This document shows, piece by piece, positions 51,501 to 63,631 of a stretch of DNA of 64,000 bases. Position numbers and translations under genes: made by a program. The stretch spans positions 1,674,001-1,738,000 of the forward strand of contig NC_052171.1 of the NCBI RefSeq assembly GCF_902713615.1. The letters are read 5' to 3'. Position 1 is the stretch's first letter, and every line of letters starts with the position of its first letter. This stretch comes from Scyliorhinus canicula (taxonomy: Eukaryota). Below the pieces are notes generated by a model, which had not been told where the DNA came from, ran no database searches, and saw only the letters and a list, made by a program, of their open reading frames with translations.

Positions 51501-54500
51501 AACTCAACACTGATCGAGTGAAAAGTGGCAAGATGTTTTGAAACTGCCCATGTTTCAGAATTTAAATTTATTGAAAAAAGTGTTCCATTTACCATGACAG
51601 AAGGCTTAAGGAACAAACGGGTCATGTTGTTTGGATCATAATGGAAATCGGTCGGCAGTGTAGTCAGCTTTCTGCTCCGCCGGTCTAATGCAGCTTTTGA
51701 GATTGCTGTGGCAGCCTAGAAGAAATATCACAACAGTAATGGTTCAATCATGGAACCTCTTTCCCTTTCAATACATTAAACAATGATACCCATGTACAGA
51801 TACTCCCCTGTGCAGGAATCCTCACCGGTTCTGAGAGACAAATCATAGTTCATGCACTCTTCACTGTATGTGTGGCCCATTTTGTGCACTGCACAATCCC
51901 TTCAGATTGCTGTGTGGACACATTCAAAACTTAAAGGCACTGCTGCTTGTAGACGGCCTGTAAGTCTGTGTAAATTCTATTTTTCTTTTGTAAAATTTAG
52001 AGTACCCTGTTCATTTTTTCCAATTAAGGAGCAATATAGCGTGGGAAAACCACTTGTCCTCCACATCTTTGGGTTGTGGGGGTGAAACCCACGCAAACAC
52101 AGGGAGAATGTGCAACCTCCACACAGACAATGACCAGAGTCGGGATTGAACCTGGTGCCTCGGCGCCGTGAGGCAGCAGTGCCAACTACTGCACCACCGT
52201 GATGCCCTCTAAACTGCTGTCCACCAACTTAGAGGGAGTGTTAACCGGCATCTACTTATTCTCAACGACACAGTACAAACTCACTGCCATTGTCACAAAG
52301 CAGTTGCCTGCATCTGTGTCACTTCTTGCTTCAATTCTTCTTAAACTTTCTTCAATCATTTCTCCATTCCCCTTTTCAACTGCTGGATCTCCCTCCCAAA
52401 CAGCACTGTGGGTGTACCTGCACCACAGGGACTGCAGTGGCTCAAGAATGCTGCTCACCATCACCTTCTCAAGGGTAAAGAGCCCAGCCAGCGACATTTA
52501 CATTCCATTAATTAACTTTTAAAACTCTACCCTCCATCTTATCATGGTCATCACAGTTCAGCAGAATGCCATCCAGCCCAACAAGTCCATGCCAGATCTC
52601 TGTACAGAGATCCAATCAGCCTCATTCCCCTACTCTACCTTCCCTACTAAATTACAACTTTCGAATTTCTCAGCTTCCTCAAGCGTTCCCTTCCCCTTTA
52701 ACCCTTTCAAAATCAAGCTTAACTTCTTTGCATTTCAACCTGATCCCAGTATAATGGATCTTGGGCTTATACCCGAGTCTGTCAACTTAAATTAAAAAAA
52801 CATAATCGCCTGTGCTACATGTTCTCATGTTGTTATACCAACCCTGGTCTCTCTGAACTGAGTCTCAAAATTAATATTCTCCTCGAAGTCAATTTCAAAT
52901 ATTTTCTTTGCTTGCTTTTTCCTATTTTTATCAGTGATGGCCTCTGTTGGAGAGAGGAAAAATACAAAATTACTTAAGGTGCATTGAATCACCAACATTC
53001 ATTCAGCACACATCATCTTTATAGCCAGTTCTGTTCCTCTCATTGTATTCAGTTACATCTTCTGCAGTTATTTGCTTCAGAATATGGAATTTAGAATATT
53101 TGTCTGACATTTAATTATCAAGCTTTATTCAAATCAGTGAATCTTTAATGTGCTATCCAATGAAAATGTCCAAGTGAAAAGACAGGGTCAACAGTACAAC
53201 ATTCAAATTAGAAACAGCAGGAGCCTATATTTGCCCCTCAAGACTGCTCCATCATTTGATAAGATCATGGCTGATCACATAGTGACACAATTGGGGAAAA
53301 AAATAAAATTAATTTTTATAGGACCAATTTTGAAGAATAATTTTATCACAGTGAAACAATCATACTGACTCTTCAGCACCTCTGGCAGAGAATCTGCATA
53401 TCCGTTACCATTCACCTTTCTGTCGAGGTTTGAAGCGCCAGTGATTGGGCCCTGCCCACATCTTCATTATTCTGGGGCTGAAGTATGAATATTCCCCTGG
53501 CTGGGTTGAAAGCTGGATACAGAGGCTGTTGAAATCCACATCTGAGAGGGGAATTGTTTCTTTACTGCGAAAGAGATGGAAAATGTTAATCATGTATTTC
53601 CCGGTTTAGAAACAGATTTTCAAACCAGTGGTCCTATTCCAACTCTGGTCTCTAAACTGGCAGCTTCTGCAATCTCCTTACTTTTACATAAAATAGTGAC
53701 TTAATTTTTAGGCGTGCACTTCTGCAGCATGAGTAATTGCTATGACCCGTCAATGTTTCTGGAGCCTGTAAAACACTGATCTTACCAGCCTTGACCGTTT
53801 GCCTTCATGGAGGATTCGTGCTGATTCTCAAAATCCTGGTCCACTAAGTCATCAGCATCAGCACAGAAATCGCCATCAAAGTCGTCCACGACAGTGGCAT
53901 TGCCTCCCAGCTGATTATCTGCAAATTCCGATTCTGCATTCATATCGAATAAGTGGTTACTTTTCTTGAATTTCTCTATCATTGAAGAAACAGCCTGAGG
54001 AGAAGAAGTTGGACATTTGTGGCTGTATGCTCACCAACAAGAATATTGAAAGGGGGGGGGGGAGGGGGGCTTACAGCGCCGAGGTCCCAGGTTCGATCCC
54101 GGCCCTGGGTCACTGGTTATGTGGGGTTTGCACAATCTCCCCGTGTTTGCGTGGGTTTCGCCCCCACAACCCAAAGATGTGCAGGGTAGGTGGATCGGCC
54201 ATGCTAAATTGCCCCTTAATTGCAAAAAATGAATTGGGTCGTCTAAATTTACAAAAAAGAATATTGAAAGGGCTCAAAATGGTGAATTATGCATAAACCT
54301 GAACGAGTTGGATTGGTAGGATTACCAACGCATTTGAAACACACCAAAAGTAGTACAAAATTAAAATGTATCTTCTTATAGTCTCTCAAAACAATGCTAG
54401 ATAAATAAGCATAGCCCATTCAGTAAAATACCTTTTACGGGGCAGCAAGAAATTCTCCCTCTCAAACACTCGTCAAGTCTTGTGCTTAACCATTCTGAGA

Positions 54501-57500
54501 ACAACGCACTACAAACTACGCATTACATTTGAAAAAGCAGCAAGTTAATACACACGCATATTCAGTTTAGTCATCTTATTTCACAGAAAATAGTTCAGGT
54601 GCCAGAGCTGTTTATTCTACTAATACACATCTAGAAGTATGAGGAGACTTATACTTGGAAGATATCACAAGTGAGAGAGACTGTCTGCTTTACCTGATTG
54701 TGAGCTTCACTGTCCCAATTTGTGAACTGAAAATCTTCACATGAAGGACAGATGGTCTTGTCTTTCAGAGACTGCTGAAGATCTGTCAGAAGATAAATGA
54801 AAAAAAAAACACGAGGGCTTTCAATTTGCAGATAAGCACATGGAATACGTCTGAACACAGTGGTGAGGCCAGTACCCTAAGTCAACTGAAGGCTGATTCC
54901 ACAGTGTAAAGATCAAAACTGGGTGCTGATCTTATTGTACAAAAGTAGAAAACCACTCATTTTTAGTGATTGTTTAGGTGCCACCTTTAGTTCATGACTT
55001 TTAATATCTCGTTCAAAGTCACCTGCACCAACTTCGTGGAAAATGTGCACAAAGTTGTACCGAACAGCAAGGACTCGTATTTCAACACCAGCTTACCCAA
55101 GGTTGTTGCAACATAGAACTATATCTGTTCTATTGAAGCAAGGACAAAAAAACAAATATGCATGGTTCTCACAAATGAATTCCACGACAAACAAATGTGT
55201 AGATGGTAATGAAGAACAAGGCAAGTGTCAACTCTCATAACCTCTTTGAATTGATGACTATCCTTGTCTAGACACATTTGGGGAGAATGGCCATGTGGCA
55301 TGATCATCAAAATGCTCCTTCCAAATACGGGCCCTTTGCCAGGTCAGGAAAGCAAAATTTAAGCTGTCAGAATCGGCTGGAAAAAAATCATCAGCAGAGC
55401 GATGTCGAATCACTGCCAAAGCGGGCAACCAGAGCAGTAGATGATTCACAAGCTGGTTTAATGTACCACCCGCTTCCAGGGTTATCTAATCTAGCAACCA
55501 ATTGTGCACTGATATGTTGCCACACGCTGGACAGGAGCTATTCTTTCCCCAGATATTACCAATACATAAAGTGACCTGGGGCTGGGGGGATTTTGCAGCC
55601 TTTCTTGCCAGCAGGATCTTCCATTCCGCTGACACAAAGCCCTGCGATGGGTTTCCCGGTGGGTGGGGGCGGAATAAAAGGGAAGTCCCATTGACAGCGG
55701 CACAACCAGAAGATCCTGCCACCGGTCACCCACCGAGAAACACACTGCGGGGTGCGCAGAAAATCACCCCATCACCAGCAGCCCCCTCCCCCTGACTGTT
55801 AAATGCACACTTGAGAAACAATACTGGGCCAACTCAGGATCTTGGCAGTCACCCAAATTGTTTTGTTTTAATGTATTTTATTACAAACGTATATAAAAAA
55901 AGTTACAACACATAAACAAACCGGGAAACAGGCTTCCCAACAATCAACTATGCAGTTTGTATAAAATTTTACTTTGTTGACCCCCCCCCCTCCCCCCTAC
56001 CCACCCACCCATGAACAACTCCTCAAACACGGTCACAAACATCCCCCACCTTACCTCAAACCCATCAGCTGAACCCTTTAGCTCGTAGTTTATTTTCTCA
56101 CACCCGGGTCCTTGGCACCATGAGGCAGAAGTGCTAACCACTGCGTCACCATGCTGTCCATAATCCAGTGATTTTAAAACCTTTACTGGAAAGATCCACT
56201 GAGCACACAAACTGAGGAGGCAAGTTTACTTAGAACCAGTGTGTGATTACTGTTAAAGTGAGTGGACGCATGCAACCACATATCGGAGAAGATAATGGAA
56301 CAACCAGTGATATTAGATTTGTAAAACTAGTTCTGCAGAAACTGAAATGCTACCATTCAACAATTTAAAAAGAAACTTGCCTCCAAGGTCAGATATCTCC
56401 ACATGGCCAATGGGTGGCAATTCTGGTGCAGGACCGGTTTCAATTAGTTTGGCATCCGAGTCAAACAGCAGCTGAGCAGAGTGTCCATATGTCTGCAGAT
56501 TAACCATGAAAACCCCCACTGTGCTGCATTCATCAAACAATGAGGCAGCCTTCTGGAACATTGGGTCAATCTACAAAATATAATGGTATTCATTAAACTT
56601 TGCTGGAAATGGGTTCTGAACCAGTAGCCTTCGTTCTGCTTCTTGAAACAAAGATATGTCGATCGTCCATTCCTCATTTATATGTCAGTAAAAGATCGGA
56701 AAATTCAAGTTGCTGTCATTCTTCATTTTGTCGTATAATTAAGAATGGTTTTAAAATGATTTTGTTCCCGGTCCCGGGTCACTGTCCGCGTGGAGTTTGC
56801 ACGTTATCCCTGTGTCTGTTTGGGGTCTCACCCCCAGAACCCAAAGGTGGGCAAGGTGGGTGAATTGGCCATGCTAAATTGCCCTTTAATTGGGAAAAAA
56901 AATAATTGAGTACTTTAAATTTATTTAAGCAAACAGGAACAAAATTTAAATTTAAATGATTTACTTCGAATTAGATCGACATTCCATGGACTTTAAACAG
57001 TTAAATGGAATAAACAGTTAATATTTGAAAATTTATCAAAGGAAATGAGACCCCTTCAGGTTTCCTGATGCACAATATCACAGACACTTATGTAAAATAT
57101 GTATGGTACCAGTTCCTCACTGATATTCAGGTGAGTTCTGCTAGATGTTTCAATGTGTAGTGTCAACAAAGACACAGACACCATTCCATCAGCAGCCTAT
57201 AGACCCTTATTGTGTCTTGAGCACACCAGGATTTTTGATACCCAATGAAACATATGGCCACTGTCAATAGAAAAATAATCTCACCTCACATTTCATGTCC
57301 TTTGCTCCGTATGTGATGTGGCTCAAATTCTGCTCAATAGTTTTGTATGAGTGCTTCCTTTTGTTATGTTTCTGAGAGCCTTTTGCATTCTGTCCTTCCG
57401 AAGACTCAGGGTTTACCTCTACAGACATAGAAAAGGGATAGTATGTTAGATCACACCGAGGTATAGCAAAACTTATTAAACCAGAGTCTTTCCCTAATCA

Positions 57501-60500
57501 TTATTTTAAGTTTATATTTTAATCTAAGTGATTGGGAGAAAAGAAATCTAATGTTCCATATTATCAATCAGACGTTCCTCTCATCTTATAATTGCTGCAC
57601 TTGTTGCAGCTCGGTGTTGAGGAGTAATAAAATTAAGCTTCTCTTTGAAACAAGATGCATATTTGCAGATGCTCACCAGCACCTGGCTCTTCAGGGTTCT
57701 TTCCCAGACCTCCTAGGATCTTGAACACATCTGAATGAACTGCATCCACTCTCACAGCATAAATCTTAGTGCTAGCATCCAAAGTACCAGCTGCCATCTG
57801 TAATAAATTATGAAGTAACAGCTTAACAAATGGTGCAATACATGCTTTGTGCAATATTGACAAAATAGATCAAATTACGCTTCATGATCTGGTTTCTTCT
57901 ACTTTGGGGGAGACAAAGTGCAGTCTGGGCGAATCCTTTCAAAGCACCTCTGTTAAGTCAAAAAGCATAACTCCCCAGCTTTGTAGAAACATAGGAAATA
58001 AGAGGGGTAATTGATTCACCTCCCAAGTCTGCTCCGCCATTCAACTAGATCATGGCTCGTCTTCCACTAGAATTTCCCCTCACTATCTACATGTTCCTTG
58101 ATGTCTTCAATATTTGAACAGCCAATTTGAATATACTCAATGGGGCTGTTTAGCACAAGGCTAAATCGCTGGCTTTGAAAGCAGACCAAGGCAGGCCAGC
58201 AGCACGGTTTGATTCCCGTAACAGCCTCCCCGAACAGGCGCCGGAATGTGGCGACTAGGGGCTTTTCACAGTAACTTCATTTGAAGCCTACTCGTGACAA
58301 TAAGCGATTTTCATTTCATTTTCATTTCATTTCATGACTGAGCCTCAGATGCAGAGAATTCGAAAGATTCAGTCAAAAATTCCTCACTTCGATAATAAAT
58401 GGCCCACCTTTTATTCCCTCTTCATGTCACTGGTCATTTCAATGCTCCACTCTGACCTTTCAATCCATGGCACATGAGACCGTTCCAATGTCGTTCAATT
58501 CAAACTTAAGCAACAACACCTCATGTTTCATTGTGGCATCCTTCATCACGGCACTCTACAGACTTTGTTGCCATTCAAGGGTAGACTACCAGCCTCCCCG
58601 AACAGGCGCCGGAATGTGGCGACTAGGGGCTTTTCACAGTAACTTCATTTGAAGCCTACTTGGGACAATAAGCGATTTTCATTTCATTTCACTAAACTTG
58701 GAATGATTTTGATAGAACTTAAACAATGGAATAATAACATGCTCATTGCATCTTAACTGACACTGTGAAGCCATGGTGTTTTGACTGAATCTGGCAGATA
58801 CAAGTCCCTCCTTTGGGGCACAGGAGGCCCAAGTAAAGAGTGGGCACCAGAACAGAGAAGGCTGGAAAAATAAAGAATACATAACTCACACAAAATTCGG
58901 ATGCTATTGCAACAAAAGTTTTTTCGCCTTTTATTAGTTTAAGACACAAAGTTTGCTCTCGAAAGGATTTGGAATAACTAACATCACAGCATACAACTCA
59001 AACACTTACCCTCATATCAGTAACAGGAACTAATTAATGAGATGCAATCCAAGCGACAGAACTCGTCTTAACAGAGCTCATTCAGTCACATGGTGAAGAT
59101 GAAGTTGCAGCGTTCTAAAAGGAAAAACTCACCCTCCAGCAAAGTCACAGGAGAGATGTTATAAATATCAATTGAACGAGATCTTATGTATTGTATGCCT
59201 TTCTAACCTTGAAGTTGGTGAGTTCAGATTCCTTCTCTTTTAGGAGGTCAGCCATGTAATCAATCAGGTGAAGACCAAATGCATTCTTTGTCGTGATTTT
59301 CTATGAGAGTCAAAGAAGAAAATGTAAAATTAGACTGCTTTTCTCCAAATTCAAGTTTGCAATAGATATCCTTTTATGTTCAACAGCCTATCTTCCTTCC
59401 GTGGTAGTTTGGGTGCCTATTTCTTTCTTTTGAAAAGGAAACTTGACTCCCACTGCCTTATAGTGGCAGGATCCAGGAAAGCAACAGTAAAACTCCATTG
59501 TGATAGGAACTGGATCTCCCGTCATGAACACTCCTCCAATATCTCCAAATGATAACTTGAGTTAACATTTAGTGTAGCCAGCTGCTACTTCACTGACCCA
59601 ATAATTTTAGTAGCTTTATTACCCAACCCAGAGCAACTTCCTCAACACCAAAGTAGTAGGATATCTTACTAAATGGCCAGATGTGTCAGCATATTGGCCA
59701 TCCATTAGTTCCTGGAAGAAGCAGCATCCAATCTCAGGAATCAAATAATTTATTTGCTGCCAGATCCACAATCTAACACAGAATGATCTTGAGAAACTTT
59801 AGGAAATCTTTTGCTAAATAAAACATATTTTTACATATCACATGTAAAAGACATGTGCAAGAATAGACAAAAGAGTCCAAAACTGTAACACAAATGTTGT
59901 CACGATTGTTGGATCGGATGGATTGCAGATTGCTGCAGTATGTGCAAAATAACCATGATGCGACACCAGCATGATCCTGCAAACAAGGCTCCAAATAACT
60001 GGCAGGACTCGGGTTCAAACCTGAGACCTTAATCCTTCAGACCTGCTATGTATTCCCAATATTGTCCATTTATTTCATGTTGCCTCCATATGTAGTTTTT
60101 CAGATAAATGACCAGGTATATTTTCATGGCATTTTGAAGGATTAATGTTGGACAGGGGTGGGGAAACTGAGAGCTCTTATGTACAGAGCTTCTATCTCCT
60201 GAAATCGGTAAATGTGCTCTCGAGCCTCACTTCTCAAAGTGCAGCTGCAAGACTAGAATTTCAGTGGAGTATCAGCCTAAAGTATGTATAAAACCTGATT
60301 CAACAAGTTCTAGGTTAATCTGGGGACAAGTCCCAAGCATCTAAGAAGCACATTTTCTTTTCCAAATCTGAAACATTTTGGCATTGCGAAGGAGAAACCG
60401 GTTCAGTTCTGGAGCGAGAATAAATATCAGCGCCAACTTACATTTTCAGAACATAGTTTTATGCAGGTGGAATAGTGTTCAGATATCTGATTATTCGACA

Positions 60501-61060
60501 GCTTGACTTCAAAGGATTGTGGGGTCCTCCTGTAACAATAAGTGACAATCAGTGCTCATCCACAGCTCAGAATTCCATCAAACCCAAGGAGAAGAATTAT
60601 GACAATGCACCAGCATGTCAGTCATCAGTCCTCTACCAACATGCAATGGTAATTGGGAAGGACCCCAGAAGATGCTAGGGCTCAAAGAGGAGGAAAAAAA
60701 AAATCAGAAACAGTTATGGAAGACAGAGCCCTAAAAGGCAGGAAGCAAACAAATTCTGCTCCTGACCAGCCATGGATCCTTGTCGAAAAGTGAACTTATG
60801 TAATTGTTAAGTAAAGACAATAAATGGAGCAATGAGCCCTACCTTTGCACTGGAGACACCAGCGGACTCTCTGTCCCACTTAGTTGCAAGTCGGTCACCT
60901 TAGAGCGCCTCCTCTCCCTCCTTTCACGTTCATCATCATTTGGTGCAACATCCATTTTTACTGTGGTCTTTTGGCTCTGAATTGCCTGTCGCCTTGTACC
61001 CGGAGAAACAAAAATGTGGTCAGCAGTGCCCACTCGGGACACTGATGTAGAACTGTCCAT
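45519..61060 (-). CDS. NCAPH: Condensin I kleisin subunit H (CAP-H/Barren), ~704 aa, 17 coding exons
   Basis: Exons (-): 61060-60843, 60529-60442, 59300-59208, 57797-57677, 57418-57285, 56570-56381, 54782-54694, 53994-53786, 53564-53416, 52943-52843, 51715-51593, 50687-50580, 50490-50338, 49917-49804, 48597-48509, 47249-47174, 45578-45519 (2115 nt). Motifs [91 protein letters not shown]. The start ATG is inferred, 6 nt after an acceptor. Confidence 0.95.
45765..47142 (-). mobile_element. 5'-truncated CR1-clade LINE in the last NCAPH intron
   Basis: [61 protein letters not shown]; 254-aa open stretch. Confidence 0.92.
47466..47658 (-). mobile_element. V-SINE, short-tail type
   Basis: Reverse core; flanking CTCA(G/T)CAATTAT. 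Confidence 0.8.
49350..49610 (-). mobile_element. Ancient Deu-domain SINE remnant; related pieces at ~5755-5900, 44450-44720, 48625-48740 and flanking 39667-40178
   Basis: CCCACAAACA..ATAATGACCAGATAATC..GAGGGCAGACAG..CAGTTTA..AAAGAAGGCACCTC resembles the reverse Deu core, by recall. Confidence 0.55.
51284..51414 (-). mobile_element. Penelope-like solo pLTR fragment with decayed hammerhead
   Basis: 13-bp TSD GTGAATAATGGGA (51271-51283, 51415-51427). The - strand reads TTGACAAA-GAGTC-ATCG-GACTC-GAAATGTT and is similar to 62085-62170. Confidence 0.75.
51980..52207 (-). mobile_element. V-SINE, short-tail subfamily
   Basis: Reverse-complement head, core and tail. Confidence 0.82.
54055..54256 (+). 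mobile_element. V-SINE, short-tail subfamily
   Basis: 16-bp TSD AAGAATATTGAAAGGG at 54039-54054 and 54257-54272. Confidence 0.85.
55584..55771. mobile_element. Possible MITE
   Basis: GC-rich ~190 bp with imperfect terminal inverted repeats GGGGGATTTT/AAAATCACCC and internal GCAGGATCTT/AAGATCCTGC. Confidence 0.4.
55858..56160 (-). mobile_element. L1-clade 3' fragment joined to a SINE head remnant
   Basis: [21 protein letters not shown] resembles the L1 ORF2 end (compare 31686-31720); tRNA-like head at 56100-56160. Confidence 0.55.
56766..56930 (+). mobile_element. 5'-truncated V-SINE, short-tail subfamily
   Basis: Core and tail similarity to the other copies. Confidence 0.78.
58142..58334 (+). 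mobile_element. tRNA-headed SINE with GTGACAATAA/(ATTTC)n tail; truncated second copy at ~58588-58691
   Basis: Shared CAGCCTCCCCGAACAGGCGCCGGAATGTGGCGACTAGGGGCTTTTCACAGTAACTTCATT; related tails at 36392-36500 (-), 45070-45150 and 62605-62717. Confidence 0.75.
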
Positions 61061-61409
61061 TTTGTCCTGTGAGAAACAAATACAAGATTTGAACACAAAG
61101 GCAAAATAATCTCATTTTATGAAAAAATACAGCAAATATTCCCCCTTTGCTCTGACAGTGCAGAGAGCAAAGTAAGGTGTTGAAACATCTGGCCTTAGAC
61201 TTTAAAATTTCATACATGTAGAAACTGACAAAGTAAATTTACCATTATTTATCTGTCCAATGTGCATTTCAATTGGATTTTCACAAACAGACCATGCTTG
61301 TTCCTAGTCCAATTGCTGTCAGGTTCAGTCTCCCTCCTGAGGTTTTTCTACTTCTCTTCCAAGTACTCAGTCCTATATTTTGGGTCCAGTTGCAAAGGAT
61401 TATCCTCCA

Positions 61410-62180
61410 GTATGGTGCTACCACAAAACACATCTTCCCCTCACCCCCACTCAGCATACCACGGGGACCACTGCCTTTGTCCACTTCTCCACCATGCCAA
61501 ACTCCTCATCCCCTTCCCAGAGCACCTTCCTTCGCAATCGCAGAGGGTGCACCAACGGCCCCTTTACCCCCCTCCCTTCTGGCCTTTCAAGGCCTGAAAT
61601 ATTCCTTTCAGGTTAAGCAGCATTTCACCTGCACTTCCTTCAATTTGGTTTATTGTATTTGCTGCTCCCAATGCAGTCTCCTCTAAAAAGGCGCCAGCTG
61701 GATGACCCCGATGCAGAATACTTTTACTCAATCGGCAACCTTTACCCCAACCTTCCTGTTTCTTGACATTTTAACTGAGCACGTTGCTCTCATGCCCATA
61801 TATCGGTCCATCCTTGGCCTGCTGCAATGCACCCTGAAGCCCATTTCAAGCTGGAGAAGCAGCATCTCATCTTCCAGTAGGACAGATCGGACTCAACGTT
61901 GAGTTCGGCAACTTGAGATGTTGACCTTTCTCTTCCATCTGAAACCCCCTTTCTTCTATTTTCCTTATCTAAAATAAATTCCATACATGCATTACCTCAA
62001 TGCAATCCCTCACACCAGGCCATCTGTCGTTTGTTCTTTGAAGTTGCGACTTCTAATTGCAGTTTCTACATTCTCCGTCCTTTCAGTTCCGATGAAAACT
62101 CTATGACTCGAAACATTAGCTCTGTTTCTCTCCTGAAAGATGTTGGCAGACCTGCTGGGTTTTTCCAGCCTCCTCAGTTC
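61410..62180 (+). mobile_element. Decayed Penelope-like element 3' part (GIY-YIG endonuclease remnant plus pLTR)
   Basis: FQVKQHFTCTSFNLVYCICCSQCSLL (61606-61686) and KLEKQHLIF match the PLE GIY-YIG region; degenerate hammerhead AGTT-CCGATGA..GACTC-GAAACATT-AGCT at ~62085-62121. Confidence 0.8.
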
Positions 62181-62411
62181 TTGGTCTATTTTCTAGGTGT
62201 CTGGATTCCCTTCAAAAAAGTTTCATTATAGGACTGCTTCTTTCGATTTTTGATGCCAATACATAAATCTTTTTGATACACTTCTTGTGGTCAAACTTCT
62301 AATTTATCTATACGGCTTCGACAATCCACTCCATCCTCAATTGACTGCTTACACAGGCTACCAGTTTTTGATATTAGGGTTGCCAACAATGATTAAATGT
62401 ACAAAATCATT

Positions 62412-62718
62412 AGTTAGCACAGTGGTTAGCACTGTTGCTTCACAGGGCCAGGGGGCCAGGGGGACAGGGTCCCAGGTTCGATTCCCGGCTTGTGTCACTG
62501 TCTGTGTGGAGTCTGCACGTTCTCCCTGTGTCTATGTGGGTTTCCTCTGGGTGCTCCAGTTTCCTCCCGAAAGATGTGCTTGTTAGGTGAATTGATATTC
62601 AGAATTCTCCCTGTGTACCCGGACAGGTGCCAGAATGTGGTGACGAGGGGCTTTTCACAGAAAGTTCATTGCAATGTTAACGTAAGCCTACTTGTGACAA
62701 TCAAGATTATTATTATAA
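62412..62718 (+). mobile_element. V-SINE head and core joined to the GTGACAAT-type tail
   Basis: V core to ~62590, then the tail shared with 58225-58305, ending in (ATT)n. Confidence 0.8.
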
Positions 62719-63003
62719 TCTTTGCAGGCCTGACAGCATGTGGAGAGTCTGGATGGCTCTTTGTCAAAGCTGCTTTTATCTTATATGATTAAACGTACAC
62801 CTGGAGGTTTCATTGCATGACTTGCCCCTAAAACCTCCAGCGATTCGTCGGCCAACACATCCACCCTTGTGGCACAGGAAGGCAAAAGACTAATTATCCA
62901 CAGCCTGTTCTCCCATTTTTAAATGTAATTATATCTGGTGAGGAGAAACTTTGAGGAAAATTCAAAAACCTGAGTTCAAGTCCCGCTGACTTTTCTCCAG
63001 GGT

Positions 63004-63298
63004 TGCTCACGGCACGGGGGCACAGTCGTTGGCGCTGCTGCCTCACAGCGCCAGGGACCAGCGTTCAATTTGGGTCACTGTCTGTGCGGAGTCTGCACGT
63101 CCTCCCCGTGTGTGCGTGGGTTTCCTCCGGGTGCTCCGGTTTCCTCCCACAGTCCAAAGATGTGCAGCTTAGGTGGATTGGCCATGATAAATTGCCCGTA
63201 GTGTCCAAAAGGTTGGGCCTAGGTAAGGAGGTCTGTTGAAGGGTCGGTGCAGAGTGGATGGGCCGAATGGCCTCCTGTCTGCACTATGGGGATTGTAT
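63004..63298 (+). mobile_element. V-SINE, long CR1-tail subfamily
   Basis: Core plus GGGCCGAATGGCCTCC tail. Confidence 0.82.
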
Positions 63299-63419
63299 GG
63301 CGGTGTCCCGGAGATTGATCTCCATGTCGACCCTGCAGGGTGTTTTCCGATATTAAAAGGCGGTGTGTGTGTGAGGCCTACTTTTCTGCACCCGCTCCAC
63401 TCAAAAAAGACCCATCCTC

Positions 63420-63500
63420 CCGGCGCCGCCTCAGACCCGCACTGACCCGGCGCCGCCTCAGACCCGCACTGACCTGGCGCCGCCTCAGACCCGCACTGAC
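63420..63500. repeat. 27-bp tandem repeat x3, each unit carrying a minus-strand splice donor
   Basis: Unit CCGGCGCCGCCTCAGACCCGCACTGAC at 63420, 63447 and 63474 (one mismatch). Confidence 0.92.
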
Positions 63501-63630
63501 CTGACGCCTCGGACGCTCCTGGGCGGCCGCTTTCTCCCACGGCGCAGATCCGCCCCGGTTCTTTCTTTTTTTTTGGACGGTGGAAATCCGTTACTCGAAT
63601 CAAAATTCAAAACTTTCCCGCGGCTCGACC
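63501..63630 (-). promoter_or_regulatory. NCAPH core promoter and putative non-coding first exon, with E2F site and CHR element
   Basis: CpG-rich. TTTCCCGC at 63614-63621 next to TTTGAA (-) at 63611-63606; donor CAG|GTCAGT at 63501/63500; no ATG on - in this segment. Confidence 0.65.
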
Positions 63631-63631
63631 G

